Positions 1 through 9,076 of a stretch of DNA of 64,000 nt are shown piece after piece. The notes under the pieces are model-generated. The model was not told the origin of the DNA and searched no databases. It saw nothing but the letters and a program-made list of their open reading frames with translations. Within the stretch, counting starts at the first letter, position 1; the number at the start of each line of letters is the position of its first letter. The stretch is taken from positions 4,844 to 68,843 of the forward strand of contig REDV01000092.1 in NCBI GenBank assembly GCA_007695365.1, read 5' to 3'. This stretch comes from Cryomorphaceae bacterium (GTDB lineage: Bacteria > Bacteroidota > Bacteroidia > Flavobacteriales_D > SKUL01). Both the position numbers and the translations under genes were made by a program.

Positions 1-1919
1 ATTCCTTCGCGCAAGGACTCATTCAATCCGCTGAGGGTCACATACACACGGTCTCTGCTGCTGAACACGTCAAAGTTTAATCCGAGTTTAAAAAACTCTT
101 TTTGAAGGTCTTCTGAGCTGTGCTGCGAGGTGCCCAAATAGGGCAGATAGCTGATGGCCAACGCCATTTCCAAATCGTGGTCGCTACCCATGTCCAGAAT
201 GTAATACAGGCTGAAAAGCTCGTTGTTCTTGTTTTGCACGTGGTACATCTCCAGGCCATTGTCGAGCGTTGCACGGTTGATATCGCGCTGGTAATCTACA
301 AACACCGGCTTGATTCTGCGCGATTCAATAGAATCCCACTGCACATAGAAATTCGACTTCGATTCGCGGTCAATCTCAATGGGGGTGATCTGCGGCTTCT
401 CAACTTTCACAGCTGTATTTTCGCCCATTACCTTGTTAATCTGAACATAGTTCTCACCAAACCATTGGTTGGCAAAGGCTACAATATCGTCTTTGGTAAT
501 CTGCTCCATGCGGTTGAACTCGTTCACTACATCCTGCCATTCCTGGTGGTACACAAAACTGTTGGTCATTTTGCTTGCGCGTGCCCAGTTCGACTCGCTT
601 GCGCGCAATTCGTTGAGTTTCATGTCGCGAATAACCGCTTCAACCATCCAGTCATCAAAGTCGCCGCTTTTAATCAGTTCCATTTGCTCCAGAAGCAGTT
701 CGGCCACTTCGTCGAGTGTTTGCCCGTCGCGGGGATTTCCACTCAACGTGAAGATGGAGTAATCAGTAAAAGAGGTGGGTGACGAAGAAGCGCGAAGTAC
801 CTTCTGGCGCTTTTCGAGGTTGAGGTCAATGAGTCCGGCTTTTCCGTTAGACAGGATGGCATCCATCACGCGCAGCTTCAGTGCTTCTTCGCTGTGAATA
901 CCGGGCAAGCGGTAGGCAATGGTCACAAACTCGGGCTCAACGCCACTTACTTCACGCACGATGGGCTCGGTGATAGGAGCTTCTTCTTCAAACGCAAATT
1001 CCGGAATTTCACCGGGTTCGTAGTCGCCAAAGTAGCGCTTGATTACATCTACCGCCTCATCGGGGTCAATATCACCGCTCAAAATAATGGCCATGTTGTT
1101 GGGCAGGTAGCGCGCAGCGAAATACTCGTGAATCTTCTCCATGGATGGATTCTTGAGGTGCTCGCTGGTACCAATGGTGGTTTGTGTTCCGTATGGGTGA
1201 TTCTTAAAAAGCTCCTCCATCATGGCGTAGTAGGATAGACGGAAGTCACTGTCGAGTGCACGATTAAACTCTTCGTACACTGCTTCAAGCTCAGTGTGAA
1301 ACAGGCGCAGAACGAGTTCGCGAAAGCGCTCGCCTTCAACCATGGCCCATTTTTCAAGTTCGTTGCTGGGGATGTCATTGATATAAACCGTTTGCTCATA
1401 CCAGGTATAAGCATTGGTTCCCTGTGCACCCAAAGATCCAATCATCTTGTCGTACTCGTTGGCAATGGCCAGTTGTGCTGCTGCGCCCGAAATGCTGTCA
1501 ATTTTGGCGTAAATTGCCTTGCGCTGAGCCGGGTCTGTCGTGTTTCGGTGTTCTTCGTAGAGATCTGAAATCTGGTCGAGCAACACACTTTCGGCCTCCC
1601 AGTCTTTGGTGCCGTAGTTCGACGTCCCCTTAAAGAGCATGTGCTCCAGATAGTGGGCCAGCCCCGTTGCGTCGGCGGGATCTTGCTTGCTTCCGGTGCG
1701 AACCGCAATCTGCGTAACCACGCGCGGCTCATCGCGATTTACCGACATGTAGATTTTCAGGCCGTTGTCGAGCGTGTAGATTTTGGTGCCAAGGGGGTCA
1801 CCCTCAACGGTTTTATACTTGTACTTGTAGCGTGTAGTGGTTTCTTTCTCTGTCGGTTCGCAAGACCAAAAGAGCGTCGTAACCAGCAGCATAGCTGCCA
1901 GGTGAAAAATGTACTTCAT
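1..1919 (-). CDS. M16 (pitrilysin/insulinase) family zinc peptidase, lipoprotein-like; 3' end runs off the window
   Basis: Open at the window edge, so it is absent from the ORF track. My translation of the minus strand from the ATG at 1919 gives MKYIFHLAAMLLVTTLFWSCEP...QIAVRTGSKQDPADATGLAHYLEHMLFKGT, with the HxxEH inverted zinc motif (HYLEH) and an LFWSC lipobox-like signal. The frame stays open to base 1. Plus-strand ORFs 120..782, 894..1238 and 1296..1568 are antisense shadows. Confidence 0.85.
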   Translation of the reverse strand, partial: MKYIFHLAAMLLVTTLFWSCEPTEKETTTRYKYKYKTVEGDPLGTKIYTLDNGLKIYMSVNRDEPRVVTQIAVRTGSKQDPADATGLAHYLEHMLFKGTSNYGTKDWEAESVLLDQISDLYEEHRNTTDPAQRKAIYAKIDSISGAAAQLAIANEYDKMIGSLGAQGTNAYTWYEQTVYINDIPSNELEKWAMVEGERFRELVLRLFHTELEAVYEEFNRALDSDFRLSYYAMMEELFKNHPYGTQTTIGTSEHLKNPSMEKIHEYFAARYLPNNMAIILSGDIDPDEAVDVIKRYFGDYEPGEIPEFAFEEEAPITEPIVREVSGVEPEFVTIAYRLPGIHSEEALKLRVMDAILSNGKAGLIDLNLEKRQKVLRASSSPTSFTDYSIFTLSGNPRDGQTLDEVAELLLEQMELIKSGDFDDWMVEAVIRDMKLNELRASESNWARASKMTNSFVYHQEWQDVVNEFNRMEQITKDDIVAFANQWFGENYVQINKVMGENTAVKVEKPQITPIEIDRESKSNFYVQWDSIESRRIKPVFVDYQRDINRATLDNGLEMYHVQNKNNELFSLYYILDMGSDHDLEMALAISYLPYLGTSQHSSEDLQKEFFKLGLNFDVFSSRDRVYVTLSGLNESLREG

Positions 1920-1938
1920 GGTTTTTGTGTTGTGATGA

Positions 1939-3834
1939 TTAAAATATATCCAGGTTCAGGTTTTGAGCCAGTTTGCCAAGGTTGGGATTTTTCTGCACCA
2001 TGGCTTCAAATTTCTTATCAGTGGTCATTAACTTGGTTGGCTGGTTGTTTTGTGAGAGTTCAAAGTCCAGATCAATGGCGAAATTTCGCAACTCCTTGCG
2101 CAGGTATTCCAACATCTCTCCTTTCTCCCGATTCATTTCAATTTCCTGCGCGGCATTGGCGATTTTTAGGGTAATGTGTTTGTTTTCATCCATTACCGGA
2201 GCGTGCAGCGTAAGGCTGGCAAAGAGACTTTCGCGTCCGCGGGCTTTCATCATTTCTGCCAGGTTTCTCCATACGCGCTTCAGGTCGTCCTCACTAAACT
2301 CTTCGCGCAGTTGAGGTTCCTGACTGGCTTCGTCCTCAGCTTCATCTGCTTCATTCGCATCGGGTTCCTGAAAAAGCGAGCCTCCCAGTCCGGCGGTGAT
2401 GGACACCGAGGTTGACTGGTAGTTGCGCAGGATCTTCTTGCGACGGCTTACGTTTTCGGGACTTACTTCGGGGGATTGAGCTGCTTCCGGGAGTACGGGT
2501 CGTGGTTCTTCCGTTTTTTCGGCAACGGGTACTTCCTCGGTTTTGGAAGGGGCTGACGGTTCTTGTACTGTTTCTTCCGCCGGTGGTTTCGGTGTAGATG
2601 CCTGTGGTTCCGGCTGAGGGGCAGGGGGTGCAGGTGAAGCTGGTGATGCGGAAACGGGGGTTGAGGGAGGTGGGGGCTCCGGGGTGGGTGGGTGGGAGGA
2701 GACCCCACCGGATAAATGGCCTGGAGCCGCTTTGGACTCAGATCCTATCTCAAGGTTGTTTTTTTTTTCAACCCCGATGGCGCACATTCGGATGAGGGCA
2801 AGTTCTACAAGAAGTCGTTGGTTTTTGCTTCCGCGATATTGTACGTCTACCTCGTTCAGAATTTCGAGGCACTTAAGCAGCATTCTCACGCTGAGGCTTT
2901 CGCCCTGAGCGCGGTAGCGTTCGCGAATGCGATCGCTGGTTTCAATCAAAATCAGCGTTTTGGGGTTTTTACTCACCATCAGGTTGCGCACGTGCTGCGC
3001 CAAACCCTGCACAAAGTTGTGCCCGTCAAAACCTTTACTTAAAATCTGGTTGTACACCAGCAGCGTTTCGGGAATGTTGCGCTCCACGATAAGGTCTGTC
3101 AGCGAAAAGTAGTAATCGTAATCCAGCACATTGAGGTGCTCAATCACCGCCTCATAGGTGAGGTTGTTTCCGCTAAAACTTACCAGTTGATCGAACATTG
3201 ACAGCGCATCGCGCATCGCTCCATCTGCTTTTTCGGCAATCACGCTCAATCCCTCGGGTTCAGCTTTTACCCCTTCTTTTTCGGCAATTTCACCGAGGTG
3301 ATCGGCGATGTCCAGCACGGTGATTCGCTGAAAATCATAGATCTGACAGCGCGAAAGAATGGTGGGCAGAATTTTGTGCTTCTCTGTAGTGGCCAGAATA
3401 AAAATGGCGTGTGCCGGGGGCTCTTCCAGCGTTTTCAGAAAGGCGTTAAAGGCTTGCTGCGACAACATGTGCACCTCGTCGATGATGTAAACCTTGTGGG
3501 TACCAACCTGGGGTGGAAAGCGAACCTGGTCGGTAAGCTGGCGAATGTCTTCAACTGAGTTGTTCGAAGCCGCATCGAGCTCTAAGATATTCAGACTGAA
3601 ATCTTCGTCTTTATTGATGCCTTTTTGACCAGCTGTGTGCTTGTTGATTTCTCTGGCAAGTATTCGCGCGCATGAGGTCTTTCCCACACCTCGCGGACCA
3701 CAAAATAAAAAAGCCTGCGCCAAATGGTTTTGCTCAATAGCATTGCGGAGGGTATCGGTAATTGCCCGTTGACCAACCACAGTATCAAAAGTTTGGGGCC
3801 TGTATTTTCGCGCCGATACTACAAAATTCTCCAT
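1939..3834 (-). CDS. dnaX: DNA polymerase III subunit gamma/tau
   Basis: MENFVVSARKYRPQTFDTVVGQ..., Walker A GPRGVGKTS, and the clamp-loader motifs DEVHML and SRC. A long Pro/Ala/Glu-rich linker is followed by a tau C-terminal domain. Start moved to the internal Met (track ORF 1939..3864). Confidence 0.95.
   Translation of the reverse strand: MENFVVSARKYRPQTFDTVVGQRAITDTLRNAIEQNHLAQAFLFCGPRGVGKTSCARILAREINKHTAGQKGINKDEDFSLNILELDAASNNSVEDIRQLTDQVRFPPQVGTHKVYIIDEVHMLSQQAFNAFLKTLEEPPAHAIFILATTEKHKILPTILSRCQIYDFQRITVLDIADHLGEIAEKEGVKAEPEGLSVIAEKADGAMRDALSMFDQLVSFSGNNLTYEAVIEHLNVLDYDYYFSLTDLIVERNIPETLLVYNQILSKGFDGHNFVQGLAQHVRNLMVSKNPKTLILIETSDRIRERYRAQGESLSVRMLLKCLEILNEVDVQYRGSKNQRLLVELALIRMCAIGVEKKNNLEIGSESKAAPGHLSGGVSSHPPTPEPPPPSTPVSASPASPAPPAPQPEPQASTPKPPAEETVQEPSAPSKTEEVPVAEKTEEPRPVLPEAAQSPEVSPENVSRRKKILRNYQSTSVSITAGLGGSLFQEPDANEADEAEDEASQEPQLREEFSEDDLKRVWRNLAEMMKARGRESLFASLTLHAPVMDENKHITLKIANAAQEIEMNREKGEMLEYLRKELRNFAIDLDFELSQNNQPTKLMTTDKKFEAMVQKNPNLGKLAQNLNLDIF
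2759..2768 (-). other. A10 homopolymer run inside dnaX: candidate transcriptional-slippage or frameshift site giving a truncated gamma subunit
   Basis: The mRNA reads GUU GAA AAA AAA AAC AAC CUU GAG AUA GGA. The -1 frame gives AAA CAA CCU UGA and the +1 frame gives ACA ACC UUG AGA UAG. The run lies at about codon 356, right after ...LVELALIRMCAIGVE and before the Pro-rich linker. Confidence 0.5.
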
Positions 3835-3971
3835 GTGAACCTGTTGATTTTTGAGGGGAAACAAATATAGCGTTCCCGATGGCTAAATCGGGAGGTGTTT
3901 ATCCCAAATTATGCAATTGGCTCCTGCCATTGCATATTTTCGGTTTAAAACTTACGGCAGCATTGTTTGAC

Positions 3972-4937
3972 TCAACCAAAGAGGTAAGCCCCTGCATGCC
4001 GATTTATCCCAATCTCCGGATACTTCCAGTGAATTTCCCGATTGTCATCCGCAAACAGCGATTTGAATTTTTCCATGTCCGAAGGGGTCCATTCAACGGG
4101 CGTTTCTCCTCCTGAACCAGCCAGAATCCTGCGCTTCATCCGATGATAAATTCCCCTTCCCACGCGACTTTTTTCAGCCAGTGGATACCATCGGTTCAGC
4201 GCTCGAAGTTTCTTTGCCTGCCATTCATCCACACCCTGATTCAGGGGCTGCGTGGTCAAAATTTGTTCAAGAACCTTCTCATCCAGCTGATGCTCAAAAA
4301 TAGCTTCCAATCGCCTCAATACTTCCTGCGGATTGCTTTTAAAGTCCTCGTAGAGAAAAACCTCCACGCTTGGAAAAAGCGATTTGTACAATTTCACCAT
4401 AGGTAGATAGCGATACCCCGGGGCAAATTCGCAGGCGTGATAGGTGTCGAACTTCGCCCAGTCAAACAAATCAACCGCCGGCTGACTGCTGTAGCTTTCA
4501 GGTTGATAAACAGGTGATTCAAATCGAACAAAATCGTGGAGCGAGCACGTCTCCTTGTCTTGAAGCGCAATGAGATACATGGATTTCAGCAACTCCGGCT
4601 GGTTGCGCAAGAAGAGCAACACGGTGGAGTCTGGCATTGCCTGCTGAAGTCGAGTGGCAATTCTCGTCCGGTTGCCGTAATGCCAGTAGAGCGCCTGGCC
4701 TGCGAAGTTTTCGTTGCTCAAAAGCAAGGGTTGATTGCCATGGCTTTGCACCCAGCTTCGAAGCGCCGAAGGTTGGTAAGTGCTGTCATCCTCATACATC
4801 AGGTTTTGAAACAAGGGGTTAATCTGCGTAAAAGGCAATCCGACATAATTCAGCGCCCTGAACTCCGGAAAAACCACCCTCTGAAAAAAGGTAGTGGCCG
4901 TGCGCGGCATGCCGATATGAATGAAGTTTTTCGTCAC
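3972..4937 (-). CDS. sulfotransferase family protein
   Basis: The N-terminal IHIGMPRTATTFFQ resembles the PAPS 5'-phosphosulfate-binding loop of bacterial sulfotransferases. 321 aa ORF with no competing frame. Confidence 0.6.
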   Translation of the reverse strand: MTKNFIHIGMPRTATTFFQRVVFPEFRALNYVGLPFTQINPLFQNLMYEDDSTYQPSALRSWVQSHGNQPLLLSNENFAGQALYWHYGNRTRIATRLQQAMPDSTVLLFLRNQPELLKSMYLIALQDKETCSLHDFVRFESPVYQPESYSSQPAVDLFDWAKFDTYHACEFAPGYRYLPMVKLYKSLFPSVEVFLYEDFKSNPQEVLRRLEAIFEHQLDEKVLEQILTTQPLNQGVDEWQAKKLRALNRWYPLAEKSRVGRGIYHRMKRRILAGSGGETPVEWTPSDMEKFKSLFADDNREIHWKYPEIGINRHAGAYLFG

Positions 4938-4946
4938 CCCGTGGGA

Positions 4947-5141
4947 TTAGCCGTGTTTCACTTTGCGCACATCATAGGCGCTTTTTTTACTGTTTTCCTC
5001 ATGAATTTCAAACGATACACGGTCGTTCTTTTTAATGAGGTCAATCAAATCTCCTGCGTGAACATAAAGTTCCTCGCCTTCCCATTCAATAAATCCGAAG
5101 CATTTGGCGGTGTCGAAAAACTTTACTTTTCCGGTTGGCAT
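4947..5141 (-). CDS. cold-shock domain protein (CspA family)
   Basis: 64 aa. MPTGKVKFFDTAKCFGFIEWEGEELYVHAGDL matches the RNP1/RNP2 pattern (K-G-F-G-F-I, V-F-V-H) of cold-shock proteins. Confidence 0.9.
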   Translation of the reverse strand: MPTGKVKFFDTAKCFGFIEWEGEELYVHAGDLIDLIKKNDRVSFEIHEENSKKSAYDVRKVKHG

Positions 5142-5195
5142 AAGCCTTTTTATTTGGTGTGAAGTGACTACTTTGGTCTGCCAAAAGTAACGAAA

Positions 5196-5705
5196 ATGAA
5201 AAGCTGCTTTTACGGGGTGAAAACGGTACTGCTACTTCCTTTGGTACTGCTGTTTGCTTGCACGGCGCCCGAAGAGAAAAAAGCTGATGAACCGGCTGCA
5301 ACGGCTGTGCATCAGTTTAAAAAACTGGTGGGTGAGTGGGTAGATACCTCCTCACAGAACGCTTTTCATGAGGTTTGGAAACACACCGGTAAGGGCTGGC
5401 AAGGTACCGGTGTTGTGCTCGAAGGCCGGGATACCGTGTGGATAGAGCACCTTGAAATCGCCCCGCGGGCCAATCGCTGGTACTACGGAGTGACCCTCGG
5501 AGGTGCCAGTTTTAGCCGGCCGGTGTATTTTGAGCTTACTACTTTCTCAAACAATCACTTCCGTTTTGAGAATCCGCAGCATGATTTTCCGCAGCTTATT
5601 CATTACGAATTCAGAGGAGACGACTCACTGTACGTGCGCATTGAAGGAGTAGAGGCCGATACAGCCCGCTTCGAAGAGTTCTTTATGCGCCGCGCGGATA
5701 GCTGA
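5196..5705 (+). CDS. hypothetical lipoprotein (DUF6265-like)
   Basis: Signal peptide with lipobox LLFAC. 169 aa with Trp/Gly-rich beta-type composition. Confidence 0.55.
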   Translation: MKSCFYGVKTVLLLPLVLLFACTAPEEKKADEPAATAVHQFKKLVGEWVDTSSQNAFHEVWKHTGKGWQGTGVVLEGRDTVWIEHLEIAPRANRWYYGVTLGGASFSRPVYFELTTFSNNHFRFENPQHDFPQLIHYEFRGDDSLYVRIEGVEADTARFEEFFMRRADS

Positions 5706-5733
5706 ACGGCCGGGAAGATTGCCTTTGCGCCTT

Positions 5734-6696
5734 TCATTCACCAAAAGCCGCCCAATCTGCTTCTTTGTACCGGGCCTTGAGCGTGCGGTACAGGGTGTTG
5801 TGCTTCCTCTTATTGGCCTCATGATCCGGGCTGTCGGGCCAGTTGGGTCGGTGGTTTACGAACGACAGCAATGGCTGAAAATCCTTGATCCATTCACGGC
5901 TTTTTTTACTGAGTACCGACGCTGCAAAAGCCTCCCAAATGTATTGAACAGCGAGTTCGTTGGGGTGGAGCAAGTCGTCTGCGTAAAATCTGTAATCACG
6001 CAGGTCGTCCATCATAATCTCGTACGATGGAAAGTAGTGGGCTTGCTCTACTTCCTCCACCACGCGGTGCACTGCGGCAATCAGGTGTGATTTACTTCTG
6101 AGATTTCCCATGGCTCCGTCTCTCCAGTGCCTTACCGGACTTACCGATAACAGCACATGCAGGTGTGGGTGGGTTTTTTGAAGCAGCAACAGGCTTTTGG
6201 TTAGCTCTTTGGTGATTTCTTGCACCGATAAAAGGATGCGTTCAAACTCGTTTCCGGGAAGCCGGTGGCAATTGTTTACCAACTTTCCGGTTTTCTTGTG
6301 TTTCCAGGCATGGGCTGTTCCCAGGGTAATCATCAGCAACTTTCCGGAAATCAGCATCCTGCCCGCTCTTGAGAGACTCCGGTTGATTCCTGCCAGGCAT
6401 TGGTCCTTGTCGGGATGTGAAAAAACGCTGTAGTGGTCAAAACTGAAAAACAGTCCGCGGTGAAAAGTTAGCTCATGGGGTTTGTAAGGCGTAGGCGATT
6501 GCAGCTTTTCAACTTGTTGTGCAATGGAAACGGGGTTGAAGCTGGTTCCAAATGGATTCTCAGCTACCCTGAAAAGATGTTTTCTTAGTTGAGAAGCCAT
6601 GTGCTGGCTGAAACACGAACCCAGATGCACAATTCCCTCACCGGGCTCAAGGGCAAAAGGATACTTAGGGGCGTCAACAACTGTTCGGAAAATCAT
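5734..6696 (-). CDS. GSCFA domain protein
   Basis: Contains the HLGSCFSQH (GSCFA) motif near the N-terminus. Start moved to MIFRTVVDAPKYPF (track ORF extends to 6807). Confidence 0.75.
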   Translation of the reverse strand: MIFRTVVDAPKYPFALEPGEGIVHLGSCFSQHMASQLRKHLFRVAENPFGTSFNPVSIAQQVEKLQSPTPYKPHELTFHRGLFFSFDHYSVFSHPDKDQCLAGINRSLSRAGRMLISGKLLMITLGTAHAWKHKKTGKLVNNCHRLPGNEFERILLSVQEITKELTKSLLLLQKTHPHLHVLLSVSPVRHWRDGAMGNLRSKSHLIAAVHRVVEEVEQAHYFPSYEIMMDDLRDYRFYADDLLHPNELAVQYIWEAFAASVLSKKSREWIKDFQPLLSFVNHRPNWPDSPDHEANKRKHNTLYRTLKARYKEADWAAFGE

Positions 6697-6843
6697 AGGT
6701 GCACGTTCGGAATGCAATGGGAAATTTGTCTTTTTCGCGTGTTCGCACTTCAGCCGTGTGCGAGGCTGCAAAGGTAGTATCATTTCAGAGCTCTTCCGAA
6801 ATATCACCTGATCAATGGTGAGGCTTTTGGCTATTTTCGCGGT

Positions 6844-7344
6844 ATGAACTCATCGTCGCTGCCTCAATTGCGAAAAATATGGAAAGACCTCAGTGCTGAG
6901 GAATTGCATCAACTGCTCGATAGATTGGGGAGGTTTAGCCGCGACAACAAAGAGCTGCTTCATTACCTGCTGGTTTTTGGTAACAATGAGGATGCCTACA
7001 TCAGCGCCATTTGCCACCAACTTGACGAGGGGTTCGAAGGTCTGAACAGACAGAACATAACATGGACGCGAAAAGGACTTCGGCGGCTGGTGCGCATGCT
7101 CAACCGATATGTTCGTTACTCCGGAAAAACCGATACGGAGATTGTTCTCCGTACGGAATTTTGTAACAGAATGCTTGTTCACGGTATTCCGCTGGAAAAA
7201 TCTGCGGTGGTAGGAAACATGTTCAATCGCGAATTGGATCGCATAAGCAGAGCGCTGTCAAAGCTGCATCCTGATCAGCAACTCGACTACGATGGATGGG
7301 TGCAAACGCTCCACAAACTGGAGCCGGTTGAAATCAATCGTTAG
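6844..7344 (+). CDS. hypothetical protein
   Basis: 166 aa helical ORF that fills the gap between convergent and divergent neighbours. No recognisable motif. Confidence 0.5.
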   Translation: MNSSSLPQLRKIWKDLSAEELHQLLDRLGRFSRDNKELLHYLLVFGNNEDAYISAICHQLDEGFEGLNRQNITWTRKGLRRLVRMLNRYVRYSGKTDTEIVLRTEFCNRMLVHGIPLEKSAVVGNMFNRELDRISRALSKLHPDQQLDYDGWVQTLHKLEPVEINR

Positions 7345-7359
7345 ATTTCGTCCGGGTAC

Positions 7360-8043
7360 CTACAATTCCCAGCTTTCCTCTTCGGCCTGCAGGCCACGGT
7401 TCAAAAAATCAATCAGGGGCTTCAGCACTTTGAACATGGCAACCGTGTTTTGCACCATGTCGGCCTTGGAGAAGAAATCGTCGCTAAGCGGCGCAACGGC
7501 TGTAAAACTCTTGAGTTTGAGTAGCTCTATGTGCGGGTGCGATGCCTCATAGCCTTTAGGAGGGCGAACAAGCACAAAATCCTTGTCGAGTTCACCGTAC
7601 ATCTTCTTGAATGCCGGCTTGTTGACGATGGCAACAAGGTCTTCTCCAAAAGCATCAATCTCGGCACGAATTTTCTGAAGCGCTGCCGGCTCAGGCAGGT
7701 AATAGCCACCGCCAATAAACGCTGCGCCCTCTTCCATGTGAAGGTAGTAGTGACCCATGCCCGCCTTTTTTCCCAGGCACGGAAGCACCACCGAAAGATG
7801 AGTTTTGTAAGGCGTTTTGTCTTTGCTGAAGCGGGTGTCGCGCGCAATGCGAAACATACATTCTTTCACTTCCACAGAGGCAAGGGTGGGGTCCACAGGC
7901 TTCATCGCCTCCAGTATTTCTCCGGCAACTTTGCGGTAGTCTTTTTTAACCTCGTTGTAGCGCTTTGCCTGCGAATGAAACCAGTCGCGGTTGTTGTTTT
8001 CTCTGAGATCGCGTAAAAACTGAATGGTAGCGGCTTGAAACAT
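7360..8043 (-). CDS. DUF2461 (TIGR02453) family protein
   Basis: MFQAATIQFLRDLRENNNRDWFHSQAKRYNE... and ARDTRFSKDKTPYKTH are typical of this family. Confidence 0.8.
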   Translation of the reverse strand: MFQAATIQFLRDLRENNNRDWFHSQAKRYNEVKKDYRKVAGEILEAMKPVDPTLASVEVKECMFRIARDTRFSKDKTPYKTHLSVVLPCLGKKAGMGHYYLHMEEGAAFIGGGYYLPEPAALQKIRAEIDAFGEDLVAIVNKPAFKKMYGELDKDFVLVRPPKGYEASHPHIELLKLKSFTAVAPLSDDFFSKADMVQNTVAMFKVLKPLIDFLNRGLQAEEESWEL

Positions 8044-8141
8044 AGTAGTGCAAAGATGGGGATATGGAAGAACAACCGCACCGTCTCAAAGAGGTTTTTC
8101 CTCCATTTAGCTATCTTGCCGGGCACTAATCAAAGTGATGT

Positions 8142-9011
8142 ATGGAAGAAAGTATCTTAACCGCTGTTTTTTTGCCACTTGCGCTTGCCTTTATCATGGT
8201 TGGCATGGGGCTTTCGCTTACGCCCGGTGATTTCAGGCGCGTGGTGGCTTATCCCAAAGCGGTAACGATTGGCATCATTTGCCAATTGATTTTACTGCCG
8301 CTGGTGGGCTTCCTGCTGGTTTCGCTTTTTAAACTGGAGGGTGCTTTGGCCGTTGGGCTGATGATTATTGCGGCATGTCCGGGAGGCGCAACATCCAACC
8401 TGATTGCGCACCTCAGCCGGGGAGACACTGCCTTGTCCATATCTCTCACCGCGGTATCTTCCACGCTGGCCGTGGTAACCATCCCGTTGATTGTGAATTT
8501 CTCCATAGGCTATTTTGGTGAAGAGGGAAGCGTAATGCTACCGGTGGTAAAAACCATTGCTCAGATTTTTGTCATCACCCTGATTCCTGTTGCCATTGGA
8601 ATGTATATCCGGAAAAAGCGCCCGGGTTGGGCCGATGCCGCCGATAAACCCGTGCGGTGGATGTCGGCCGTATTTCTTGCCCTCATCATCATCGCTGCCA
8701 TGGTAAAAGAGCGCGAGAACCTGGTGGCATTCTTCCGGTTAATGGGGCCGGCAACACTTGCGCTGAATCTTGGGATGTTGCTTGTTGGGTATGTGCTGGC
8801 TACTGTTTTTATGCTGAGTAAAAAGCAGCGTATTACCATCAGTGTTGAATCGGGCATACAAAACGGTACACTCGGTATTTTTGTGGCTGCTACATTGCTT
8901 AAAAATTCAACCATGACCATTCCGAGCGCCATTTACAGCCTGATTATGTTTATGACTGCCGTGCTGGTTATTGTGATCAGTACGCGAAACAAGCCTCAAG
9001 AGGGATTGTGA
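8142..9011 (+). CDS. bile acid:sodium symporter (BASS) family transporter
   Basis: Polytopic membrane protein. MVGMGLSLTPGDFRRV and PGGATSNLIAHLSRGD are BASS signatures. Confidence 0.85.
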   Translation: MEESILTAVFLPLALAFIMVGMGLSLTPGDFRRVVAYPKAVTIGIICQLILLPLVGFLLVSLFKLEGALAVGLMIIAACPGGATSNLIAHLSRGDTALSISLTAVSSTLAVVTIPLIVNFSIGYFGEEGSVMLPVVKTIAQIFVITLIPVAIGMYIRKKRPGWADAADKPVRWMSAVFLALIIIAAMVKERENLVAFFRLMGPATLALNLGMLLVGYVLATVFMLSKKQRITISVESGIQNGTLGIFVAATLLKNSTMTIPSAIYSLIMFMTAVLVIVISTRNKPQEGL

Positions 9012-9076
9012 GTTTGCTGCGAAACCTGTGGCGGTTCTTGTTGTTGCTTGAAAGTGCTGTTATTTTTAGACCCAAA

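Noticed and set aside
120-1732. Track ORFs 120..782 (+), 469..762 (+), 894..1238 (+), 1296..1568 (+) and 1442..1732 (-)
   Set aside because: All lie inside or antisense to the continuous minus-strand M16 peptidase frame (1..1919), which has clear family motifs. Their translations are low-quality shadow sequences.
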